Assembly: GCF_964355755.1 (NCBI RefSeq)
Contig: NC_092678.1
Location: 17,217,881-17,281,880 of the forward strand
Source: Antedon mediterranea
Taxonomy: Eukaryota > Animalia > Echinodermata
Length of the DNA stretch: 64,000 nt
Direction: 5' to 3'
The translations under genes were made by a program, and so were the position numbers. Under the pieces are notes generated by a model. It ran no database searches. It saw only the letters and a list, made by a program, of their open reading frames with translations, and was not told the origin of the DNA. This document shows positions 1 through 11,242 of this stretch, piece by piece (positions within the stretch are counted from its first letter, which is position 1; the number at the start of each line of letters is the position of its first letter).

Positions 1-599
1 AACCGCCGATTGTTTGATCATTTACTCGATATTTTGTTTTGCGTTCAAGTTCAATGCGAACGTACGTCTAGGAGAAGCCCCGAAAAAAGCACACTGGGTG
101 AAGGCAAATGCAATTCTTATTATAGCTCTATCTATAATATTTATCTACAGCAATTTGTTGAGGAAATTAAATATGCCAATGTAAATAGGTGATATTAATA
201 CATTTGAGTACGTATCGGCTGTGGTCTAGAAAAAAATAATCGGATGCCATAATGTGAACTACAGTACATGATACCATAGATATTATAGTGTAAAATATTA
301 ATATTCACTATAATCCTCTATGATACATTATACTTCATAGCCACACATAAATACTGATGATATGTCGGAAGGCTATATACTTTATGCATGCTGCCTGACT
401 GCCAGTGATCTAAACAATTGGTACGCAGTTGTCTGGCGGTGTCCTTTGTACGAATCGTTCGTCCCCCAGCTCGCTGTGAGACGCGTCAATATCATGTTAC
501 ATGCAGGGACCAAACATTTATTTTTCAACGTTAAAATCGGCAATTCATTTGCAACTCTTTACAGACTAATCGCTCGAAGTACGCTCATACAGGGAAGAA

Positions 600-814
600 G
601 GTACTGTATGAGTTATTCCGAACGAGTTTACAAATTTTTTAATTTACGAACAACTTTTTGTACTGTGGGGGCACGTATTTGGACGATTTTCGGAGATGAG
701 GGTGAGGTATTGGGCATGTCGGGGATGGGGGCTCGCAGTCGGTTAAGGGGGTTCCGCTGTAAAGGGGGGGGGGATTCGCCCGAACCATAAAAACCCCCCC
801 TGGCTACGGGCCTG
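600..814. mobile_element. End of a non-autonomous DNA transposon (hAT-like terminus)
   Basis: GC-rich terminus ccccccctggctacgggcctg (reverse complement CAGGCCCGTAGCCAGGGGGG) abutting a truncated HINE-like repeat; other end not located, start approximate. Confidence 0.4.
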
Positions 815-1680
815 TAAGTATATATAGTATACACTATATATCTGAATACGTACTACAACCAGTGCAGAATAGGTGAAAATACCGGGACCCGCTTTGTCAT
901 CCAATTTTTACCATGATGATGTCATCAACATGAAACACGTAGATAGCAATTTTGGAAAGAAATTATCTGAGCAACAACATATCGTGTTGAATAAATTTGG
1001 ATACGTAGAATACGGAAGCGCGCTCTTTTAAATGTCATGAACTATGACGCAAAATATGAAATTACGACTTTTATAATTGAACTGGCCATATGATGACGTC
1101 ACAACATCCGATTCGCATAATTTGTACATGATTTCCAGCTTCCAGAAAACGTTTTAATCATGTGTATCACTTTTTATTCTGAGGAGCTATAATAAATATA
1201 AATTTATTGGAACGCTTTTGAACATGATGAAATCATCACAATTTTAAAAATTGTAAATCATGCGAAAGATAATTGATTGACCTAGACAATATAAAAAAAT
1301 GGTGGGAAATGGAATATGGATAAGTGGAGATGCGTTCTATTAAATGTGAGGAGCTATGACAAAAGAGACAAACATCCTATATTTTATATTCGAGTGGCCA
1401 TACGATGACGTCACAATGTCTAGTTAGCCATATTGATACATGATCCGATATCAACAACTCATCTACTTCCAGAATATGTAAAAAAATAAACTTCACCATG
1501 TAGTTTAGAAACTATGACTGTTTAAAAAAAGGCATAATTATGACGATTTATTTTACTTTTTCAGCAAAAACGAGCGCAAATTGTCCAATTCGACGTGCTC
1601 GTATGACGTGTTTTAAGTCGAAATTGTTTGAAAGCTGGTAAAATTACTAGAAAATGCTAGAAAAACATAAATCACGCGAA
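815..1680 (-). mobile_element. Truncated Helentron/HINE-like repeat
   Basis: Homologous to 5680-6590 and to the reverse complement of the 39-43 kb elements. Confidence 0.6.
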
Positions 1681-1821
1681 CAAAATAACATTTACTAATA
1701 ATGATAATAATAATTATACGAATAGGAAAAAGGGTAAAAAATAAAATAATATGACAATAAGTGTGGTTATATTACAACGAAAATATACTATTTTCAAAAG
1801 TATTATAAACAAGTGAAACAT

Positions 1822-1869
1822 TCGAACACATTTGCTGGTAATGTTGTTATTTGGTTATAGGACAACGAT
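1822..1869 (-). pseudogene. Truncated LRR pseudo-exon (SLSYNQITTLPANVF); 3' third and splice donor deleted
   Basis: ttttcag|A TCG TTG TCC TAT AAC CAA ATA ACA ACA TTA CCA GCA AAT GTG TTC runs directly into the intron flank. Confidence 0.8.
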
Positions 1870-2025
1870 CTGAAAAGCGTGAAAAATGCAATAAATAAGT
1901 TTAGTTTTGGATGAATATTCTTTCTTTGCAAAGGATAAAAAATGAAATTATGTGACGACAATAAGTGTGGTTTTATTACAACGAAAATATACTATTTTCA
2001 AAAGTATTATAAACAAGTGAAACAT

Positions 2026-2073
2026 TCGAACACATTTGCTGGTAATGTTGTTATTTGGTTATTGGCAAACCAC
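2026..2073 (-). pseudogene. Truncated LRR pseudo-exon (WFANNQITTLPANVF); same deletion as 1822-1869
   Basis: ttttcag|G TGG TTT GCC AAT AAC CAA ATA ACA ACA TTA CCA GCA AAT GTG TTC; part of a ~204-bp local tandem duplication. Confidence 0.8.
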
Positions 2074-3889
2074 CTGAAAATTGTGAAAAATTTAATAAAT
2101 AATATATACAGTACCAAGGGATAGGATGATAAAACATTATATATTTTATATATAATTTAGAAAAACAAACAAAACATAACAATAAATATCTTATTGTGCC
2201 AGCAGAGGTCAAGTCCAATTAGGCGTGTCACTCCAGAAGTGAAACCATTACAAGGTATATACAAGGACATACTAATACTTGTTTAATGTTACTTTAGCTC
2301 GTATTATCATTATTTGCATGTTTTAGCTGTTTTTCATTAACTTCTTCTACATGATATATAATTATGTTTTATCTATATTTTACTGTAATCATGTTGTACT
2401 TTGCATATCATATGATGACATAGATCAATATCTACGATACAATACAACCGTTAAATGACGATGATCCATGTGTTCTGCTATATTTTTACGTTTCGTTATG
2501 GCCGCCGATGGTGCTACAGTAACTGAATTAAATAGTCTTGAGTTCGCATAAACAATGCCAAAATAGAAAAACTCAAAAAGAGCAAAAAGAAAGATATTAC
2601 ATTTGAACGTATTACGCATGAAAGAGACATATTTCATTGAAGTATTAATTCCTAAAATAAAATAATTGTTTTTATGAGGAAAAGAGTTAAACTGACGTTT
2701 TCATGAGAGGAAGATATATAATATTTGTTCCTCGTGCAAAATAAGCTTATTACAACACTATTACACTAAAGTATAAATTTACACTTAACTGTGCTTTAAA
2801 ATAAACATAATTAAAAGCATTAAACAGTATAGGCCTAATAGTTCACCCGAAAAAAATTTCAGATTTGTCCAAATTCCTTTAAAAAAATCTGACAAATATA
2901 AACATGAAGAAATAAAAAACAATGTCGTTAATATAAATCAGACTTAAGAATAATGAAATCAATTTTCGATAATCATAAGGACGAGTTCTCGAATGATTCT
3001 CTCATTTGTGCCCATGGAATTGATATTTCCTAAGTTCACCTAACTACGGAGGAATAACGCATTTATATTATGATTACATTAATCATAATGTTTAATGATG
3101 CTGTGTTATCGAATTGTCTATGTTACTGGAGAAATCGGGATACAGTACCGATAATCAGGTGTGTTAGACCAGAATACGTTACTCTGGCTTAAAATGGAGG
3201 TCTTTGCTTTAACCACGTTCTGAAATGTGTCTGTAAGATTATGTTAGGCAAAAAAAAAACACCTTGTATACCATAGCAGCCTGGTGTAGAGACCTATGTA
3301 TTGCCTTCGCTAAATCCTTTCTTAAACTTGTTCCCACTTATACCTTCTAGAGGAATGTTATCCATAGATATAACCCTAATATACTGCTGATTGGATTCGT
3401 CATATTATAATTGTAACACAATGTGTCATAAGAACTGTTCGTTATACCATGGTAGTATGTGGTGCAATTAATTAAAGAATTATATGATTTGTAAATAGTT
3501 TACACAAAGTGCAACACAGTGTGACGTGTTATCTGCTACAATATCTAATGATGACACATTTTTAATAATTATGTAAATTCTCATTTAATAAAACACTTAT
3601 AATAACAAATTACCGTATTAAACGTACAAATCAAAGTATACAAACAATACAGTACCAACGGAAATTACGATAAAAAAGTATCTATTTTTTAATTTCGAAA
3701 TACAAAGAAAAAATAACAACAAAATCTCTATATTGTGCCAACAGAGGCCAACAAGACTTATGTCCAATTAGGCGTGTCACTCTGACAGTGAAACAATTAC
3801 AAGGTATAATTGATATAATACTAATTTAATGTTACTTTATCTCGTATTATCATTATTTGCATGTTTTAGCTGTTTTTCATTAACTGTCT

Positions 3890-4151
3890 TTGCAACCATC
3901 CTCTTCATAAGGATATTATCGGCTCCGTTATCGTTAGAAGTGGTAGGATGAGGACGGTGAATGCGCAGACGGACCGTTACAAGTACTCGTTCTACCCAGC
4001 TGGGATAAGGCATTATAACAAAACATTTGTTAGATAGTCCTCAATATATTTATATTTATTTTAGGCAAGCCAATGTTTATGAGCACTGTAATTTCCATTA
4101 TTATTTTGGACAATAAATGAATCTGTATCTGTATCTGTATCTGTATCTGTA
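3890..4151 (+). mobile_element. 5'-truncated LINE 3' end with (CTGTAT)n tail
   Basis: Reads HPLHKDIIGSVIVRSGRMRTVNAQTDRYKYSFYPAGIRHYN (LINE ORF2 C-terminus-like), then AATAAA and a (ctgtat)n tail; absent from the paralogous site near 46195. Confidence 0.7.
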
Positions 4152-5531
4152 TAATTACAATGTTTTATCTAGATTAACTGTAATCATGTTGTACTTTCCA
4201 TATCATATGATTTCTCGTATTATCATTATTTGCATGTTTTAGCTGTTTTTCATATGATTTCTAGATGTATTTCAATATCTACTATACAATACAACCGTTA
4301 AATGACGATGATCCATGTATTCTGCTATATTTTTATTTTTCATTATGGCCGCCGATGGTGCTACAGTAACTGAATTAAAGAGACAAAACAATGCCAAAAT
4401 AGAAAAACTCAAAAAGAGCAAAAAGAAAGATATTACATTTGAACGTATTAAGCATGAAACAGACATTATTTCATAGAAGTATTAATTCCTAAAACAAAAT
4501 AATTGTTTTTATGTTTAACTCTATGCCTAATAGAGTTAAACTGACGTTTTTATGAGATGAAGATATATACTATTTGTTCCACGTGCACAATAAGCTTATA
4601 AAACTATTGCAGATTATACGTGAATCGGACCGGTGACGAGTCGGTGACAAACCGAACGGATCATCCAGGAGTTCTGAAACGTCTGGCCAAGTGCGCTCTC
4701 TTTGCGCAGTATTATACGGTGGCGTGTCTATTTTTGTTTTCGTATCTAATTTTGGCTTTAAAAACATGTCAGCCCAAAATAATCGCTACCCCTGGATCCG
4801 CCCCGTCGGAATATTGTCGATATAAAATGATGGAGGTTCAGACGTTCTGTGGTAGGCCTACATTTAAATTGTATTATTTGTATTCCCTCTTTAAACTTCA
4901 TCTTAATTTCAATAAAATAATATCAATTAAGTAATATTGTTTACTTAGAAGTGTGCCAGTTATTCAGCACTGAAGAAAACAAAATCAGAAAAATGTAAAC
5001 ACATGTTACCAGATTTTTTTAAAACATTAATAAAGCTAAGTGTGTTAATTAATGACATGTAAAGAACATTTTAGCATGAGGAAGTGAAAATATGGAGGGA
5101 AAGAAAACATAAAGTGTAGACACATATATCACCTCACAAGCAATCTATTGCTGACCCAGTGTGAAGCCAGAAATCAAGAGTTGTTCCTGCTCCCCAATTA
5201 TTGTGGTCTCTTTATTTATAAAACTTGAAAAGCAGAAAAAAGAGGAGGAGGTGTATGTTTGTTTGTTGGCAGACTATAACGCTGGTTTAGATTTTAAGTT
5301 AAGTTTATCTTACGGACGGATAACGCTAATAATGTACGTACCACCACATTAGGTAACCGATGCGCCCTCATTATGACGTTTTTTATAAGAGAAATTTACA
5401 AACCATGTGTTGCGCGTGCGAATAAAGAACAAGTGCAGCTATTCCACCGTACGGAGGGAAAGATAACCAATGCCTCTCATAATAACATTATTTTTCATTT
5501 TAATAATATTTACTAATAATGTTAATAACAA

Positions 5532-6590
5532 CTAGATTTGAACTCGTAACTATGGACGAGTTTGGTTATCCGCAGCGAAAATGCCACGTGTACGTCATAC
5601 TTTAGAATATTGCGCACAGAAAAACGATTATGCCATTGAAAAAATGTTAGTGTGCTCTCTATTATATGTCACGTCTAAGTATATAGAGTATACACTATAT
5701 ATCTGTATACGTACTACATACAGTGCAGAATAGGTGAAAATACCGGGACCCGCATTTTCATCCAATTTTTACCATGATGATGTCTTCAAAATGAAACACG
5801 TAGATAGCAATTTTGGAAGGAAATTATCCGAGCAACAACATATCAACGTGTTGAATAAATTTGGATACGTAGAATACGGAAGCGCGCTCTTTTAAATGTC
5901 ATGAACTATGACGCCAAATATGAAATGACTACTGTTATAATTGAACTGGCCATATGATGACGTCACAACATTCGATTCGCATAATTTGTACATGAATTCA
6001 TATTGTACAATTCAACAGCTTCCAGAAAACGTTTTAATCATGAGTATCACTTTTTATTCTGAGGAGCTATAATAAATTTAAATTTATTGGAATGATGAAA
6101 AAAAGTAACCAAAGTTATTCACGCTTTTGAACATGATGAAGTCATAACAATTTTACAAATGGTAAATCATGCGAAAGATAATTGATTGACTTAGACAATA
6201 TAAACATATGGGGGAAAATGGAATATGGATAAGTGGAGATGCGCTCTATTAAATGTGATGAGCTATGACAAAAGAGACAAAAATCCTATATTTTATATTC
6301 GAGTGGCCATACGATGACGTCACAATGTCTAGTTAGCCATATTGATACATGATCCGATATCAACAACTCATCTACTTCCAGAATATGTAAAAAAAAAACT
6401 TCACCATGTAGTTTAGAAACTATGACTGTTTAAAAAAAGTCATCATTTTGACGATTTTTTTTACTTTTTCATAAAAAACGGGCGCAAATTGTCCAATTCG
6501 ACGTGCTCGTATGACGTGATTTTAATTCGAAATTATTTGAAAGCTGGGAAAATTACTAGAAAAGGCTGGAAAAACATAAATCACGCGAAA
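5532..6590 (-). mobile_element. Helentron/HINE-like non-autonomous element (3' part)
   Basis: ctag terminus, aactcgt..acgagtt hairpin and ggttatccgc subterminal motif; homologous to the 39-43 kb copies. Confidence 0.65.
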
Positions 6591-6733
6591 AAAATAACAT
6601 TTACTAATAATGATAATAATAATTATAGGAATAGGGCAAAGGGTAAAACATAAAATGATGTGACAATAAGTGTGGTTATATTACAACGAAAATATACTAT
6701 TTTCAAAAGTATGATAAACAAGAGCAAACACTC

Positions 6734-6805
6734 AGTTCTGTCAATGATGTCAAAACATCAAACACATTTGCTGTTAATGTAGTTATTTGGTTATTGTACA
6801 AGTAC
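6734..6805 (-). pseudogene. LRR exon (YLYNNQITTLTANVFDVLTSLTEL) with broken donor (GT lost, reads CT|gagtg)
   Basis: 72 bp after ttttcag, open frame; donor lacks 2 bp relative to the gtgagt of paralogs. Confidence 0.85.
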
Positions 6806-7819
6806 CTGAAAACCGTGAAAAAATTCAATAAAGAAGTACAGTATATATACAGTACCAAAGAATAGTACGATAAAAATGATCTATTTATTAATTTAGAAAT
6901 ACTTTCCATATCATATGATTTCTGGATGTAGATGTGTTCTGCTATATTTTTACGTTTGATATAACATGATAGAGGTTCAGACGTTCTGTGGTATATTTAT
7001 TATTGTTTTATTTGTATGTTCCCGGTAAACTTCATCTTAATTTCAAATATAATATTATCAATAAAGTAATATTGTTTACTTAAGCGTGGTTCCCACTAGA
7101 ACGCAACGCAACGTATCGACGCAAACTGCTGTATTGCGTAATCACAAGTGGGAACCGACGACGCTACAATAGACAGGTTCCATTTCTCAAAAAACGGCCT
7201 AGAAAACGAATCAAGAAGCATTTTTGGGTAGAAGCTGGGATCCACTTGATTTAGGATATTTCGACCTCGCTGATTACGAATATGGCGGATCCCAAGCGAA
7301 ATTCGGCCATCTAAGCCCTTAATTTGCATAATTAAAAATGGCGGCCATTTTTTATAATTACCCTATATCTCGAGAACCACTAGTCACAGGTAATTAATTT
7401 TGGTCTCAAAATGTTTTAAATATATGTTTTTATATTCACTTTAATGACACATTTTCTCAAAAAATGGATGCAAGTCTTATTTATGCCATTTTGACCTTTG
7501 ACCTTGATATATATTTATTATAATGAAATGTTTTTACAAAAAATGGCCGATTCTACAACTATTGACCTTTGAACTATTAGTCAAATATAATAATATAATA
7601 ATAATAAAACTTTGAAAATTGTGGTCTTATGAATTTTGTTTTCTTTTTAAATTGTTTAAAACATGTGTGTTTCTATCTAATGGCATATTTTGTACAAGAA
7701 TGGCCGATAGTATGGTTATTGACCTTTAAACTACAGCATAGGCCTACTGTATACTAAATATAATATAATTGCATAACTATGAAATTATTTATACACAATA
7801 ATAATTAGTAAAATTATAA

Positions 7820-8335
7820 AATTCACTGCCATCAAATATGATGTGTTATGATTTATATAGATTAAAAAAAAATTGAACACGCAAGTTACATTTGTTGAAA
7901 TTTGAAATTACCTGCCATCAATATGATGGAGTATGATTATAGATTTTTTTAAATGTGAACATGTCAGCTACATTTGGAAATTACCTGCCATCAATATGAT
8001 GGATTATGATTATAGATTTAAAAAAGAATTTGAACACGTAAGCTACATTTGAAAATTACCTGCCATCAATATGATGGATTATGATTATAGATTTAAAAAA
8101 GAATTTGAACACGTCAGCTACATTTGGAAATTTGGAAATTTGGAAATTACCTGCCATCAATATGATGGATTATGATTGTATAGTACCTGCCATCAATATG
8201 ATGGATTATGATTATAGATTTAAAAAAGAATTTGAACACGTAAGCTACATTTGAAAATTACCTGCCATCAATATTATGGATTATGATTGTATAGATTTAA
8301 AAGAAAATGTGAACACGTAAGCTACATTTGGAATG
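7820..8335. repeat. Minisatellite of ~35-70-bp units with core aattacctgccatcaatatgatggattatgatt inside the Academ arm (mirrored at ~9830-10330)
   Basis: About 8 imperfect tandem copies with internal near-palindrome ccatcaatatgatgg. Confidence 0.85.
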
Positions 8336-8350
8336 AACATGTTAAGGGCA

Positions 8351-9460
8351 TCAGTTAAGATCATTCATGCAAAGGTTTCCGTCATCTTTAGCGTTTTTAC
8401 AGCGGCATAAAGCTGTACATGGTAGTTTTGACTTCTTGCACCTACATCTATTGGTTATGCATCGTGTCTTGTATCCACAATAAATCATCTCTAACAAAGC
8501 AGTAGGAATAGCTTCATTTTTCAGAAGCACTGGTTGAAGTTTACCATTAGATAGCTCCCAACCAAAATCTGTTGGTGATGGCAAATGCTGGATTGGCGAT
8601 ACAGCTTTTTTCCATACGAGTGCTTGGAAGTGTGCTCTTTTTATATGTTGGTGCACTGCATCGCTTGTTGGAGGTAATGCGTCTGGTTTTGTCTGTTTTT
8701 TTTAAAGCCCGGACTTCATTGGTACTTTTAACTTGACCAACACCGTAAACGTAGCAAATGAATCTTTCCGATTTCATAATAACTTGGTCACTGATAGGTT
8801 TTCTCCCAGGTCTTTAATTAGTTCATAATGTTTTTTTAATACTTCCCATGCCGATGCCTTTGAGTGACCACTTAGATATGAGCAGGGAAGAGTTAAATTA
8901 CTGTATGTATGTATTAATGTAATTTAACTCTTCCCTGGATATGAGGTAGTATCGCATCCACTAATGGTGTGGAATGGAATCAGTGCTTTTGCATAACCCT
9001 CGGGCAAGGCTTGAAAAATGTTTTTTATAGATACTTTCTTTTTTGGATGTCCCTGTCATCATCCATTTGGATACCATGCTTTGGTAGTGAGACACTAGAA
9101 TCACTATTACGTCTGTATCATCCCTAGAAGCAACTACAACTGTGTCGTATCGGACATTGGCAGCATGACAAGTCTCGTGTCCGATTCTTCATGATCTGCG
9201 ACCAGAGACAACGTATTATTCGTGTAGACTTTTGATGATTTAACAACTGATTCTTTCATAAATCCACCAGCTGTGACAATTTCTTTGTCTATAGGAGCTT
9301 GACGAATCAACTCCTCTGATAGAAATCGTGCCAGATCTGCTTTATTATCTTGTAATGCCAAAAAGTTTGGCAGCGGTATTTCACCACTTTCTATAATTCG
9401 ACGAATTGGTCTCTGTGTTTTGGTTCATCTTTGTCTGGTGGTGTCCTTTATCGACAGTTT
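8351..9460 (-). pseudogene. Frameshifted C-terminal part of an Academ-type transposase (XPG/PIN-like nuclease plus Cys-rich zinc finger)
   Basis: Motifs NKADLARFL, DHEESDTR, DTDV, FHTISGCDTTS, LPPT..HIKRAHFQALVW, PTDFGW, CxxxRCITNRCRCKKSKLPCTALCRC across several frames. Confidence 0.8.
8883..8937. mobile_element. 55-bp hAT-like mini-element
   Basis: 19-bp perfect TIR cagggaagagttaaattac and 8-bp TSD gatatgag (8875-8882, 8938-8945). Confidence 0.85.
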
Positions 9461-11242
9461 TAAGTTAGGCATGCCATGTTAAAAAAAACCAAAACCGGGC
9501 ATTACCTCCAACAAGCGATGCAGTGCACCAGCATATTAAAAGAGCACACTTCCAAGCACTCGTACTGAAAACAGCATTTGCCATCACCAACAGATTTTGG
9601 TTGGGAGCTATCTAATGGTAAACTTCAACCAGTGCTTCTGAAAAATGAAGCTATTCCTACTGCTTCGTTAGAGATGATTTATTGTGAATGCAAGACACGA
9701 TGCATAACCATATAGATGTAGGTGCAAGAAGTCAAAACTACCATGTACAGCTTTATGCTGCTGTAACCACGCTAAAGATGACGGAAACCTTTGCATGAAT
9801 GATCAAAACTGATGCCCTTAACATGTTCATTCCAAATGTAGCTTACGTGTTCACATTTTCTTTCAAACCTATACAATCATAATCCATCATATTGATGGCA
9901 GGTAATTTCCAAATTTCCAAATGTAACTGACGTGTTCAAATTCTTTTTTAAATCTATAATCATAATCCATCATATTGATGGCAGGTACTATACAATCATA
10001 ATCCATCATATTGATGGCAGGTAATTTCCAAATTCCTGAATGTAGCTGACGTGTTCAAATTCTTTTTTAAATCTACAATCATAATCCATCATATAGATGG
10101 CAGGTAATTTTCAAATGAAGCTTACGTGTTCAAATTCTTTTTTAAATCTATAATCATAATCCATCATATTGATGGCAGGTAATTTCCAAATGTAGCTGAC
10201 ATGTTCACATTTTTAAAAATCTATAATCATACTCCATCTTATTGATGGCAGGTAATTTCAAATTTCAAATTTCAACAAATGTAACTTGCGTGTTCAATTT
10301 TTTTTTTAAATCTATATAAATCATAACACATCATAATAATTTTACTAATTATTATTGTGTATAAAATTTTCATAGTTATGCAATTATATTATATTCAGTA
10401 TACAGTAGGCCTATGCTGTAGTTTAAAGGTCAATAACATACTATCGGCCATTCTTGTACAAAATGTGCCATTAGACTGGATAGAAACACACATGTTTTAA
10501 ACAATTTAAAAAGAAAAAAAAATTCATAAGACCACAATTTTCAAAGTTATATTATTATTATATTATTATATTTGAATAATAGTTCAAAGGTCAATAGTTG
10601 TAGAATCGGCCATTTTTTGTAAAAACATTTCATTATAATAAATATGAATGTATAGTTTCTGAACAATTTGAGCCCTATTTCGTGTCTCTCCGATTATTGG
10701 TTACTGAGATACGATAAATCAAGGTCAAAGGTCAAAATGTCAGAAATAAGACTTGCATTCATTTTTTGAGAAAATGTGTCATTAAAGTGAATATAAACAC
10801 ATATATTTAAAACATTTTGAGACCAAAATTAATTATCTGTGACTAGTGGTTCTCGAGATATAGGGTAATTATAAAAAATGGCCGCCATTTTTAATTATGC
10901 AAATTAAGGGCTTAGATGGCCGAATTTCGCTTGGGATCCGCCATATTCGTAATCAGCGAGGTCGAAATATCCTAAATCAAGTGGATCCCAGCTTCTACCC
11001 AAAAATGCTTCTTACACCATATTTCAGAGGAAATAGAACTTGTCTACAATGCTGCAAAGCCGCAGGTTTGATTTCACGCAGGTTAGGGAAAACACAATTA
11101 TCGGAAGGGCATTTTCTTACGCGGCGTAGGTTGCGTTACGTTGCGTCGCTAGAAGTTAGAAGAGTGCCAGTCATTCAGCACTGAAGAAAACAAAATAAGA
11201 AAAAATGTAAACACATGTTACCAGGTTTTTTTAAAACATTAA

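Larger units (their letters stand above)
7170..11046. mobile_element. AcademX-like DNA transposon derivative with fold-back structure
   Basis: TAG...CTA termini (tagacaggttccatttctc / gaggaaatagaacttgtcta), 3-bp CAA duplication on both sides, ~1.5-kb inverted arms, XPG/FEN-like nuclease and Cys-rich remnants. Confidence 0.8.
7084..11152. mobile_element. PIF/Harbinger-like MITE split by the Academ insertion, right end truncated
   Basis: Left end taagcgtggttcccactagaacgcaacgcaacg; right part cgttacgttgcgtcgctag is its inverted counterpart; interrupts host sequence ttgtttact..tagaagtgtgcc. Confidence 0.55.

Noticed and set aside
2425-2637. Recurrent short ORFs (FNSVTVAPSAAI..., KLEKQKKEEEV..., MNRTGDES...) as a gene family
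   Set aside because: They recur only because the intron unit is duplicated; frames and lengths are not conserved and no domain is recognisable
7820-8335. CRISPR-like appearance: semi-palindromic ~30-bp repeats with intervening sequence
   Set aside because: The intervening segments are copies of each other, the array lies inside a eukaryotic transposon arm, and there are no cas genes; it is a minisatellite
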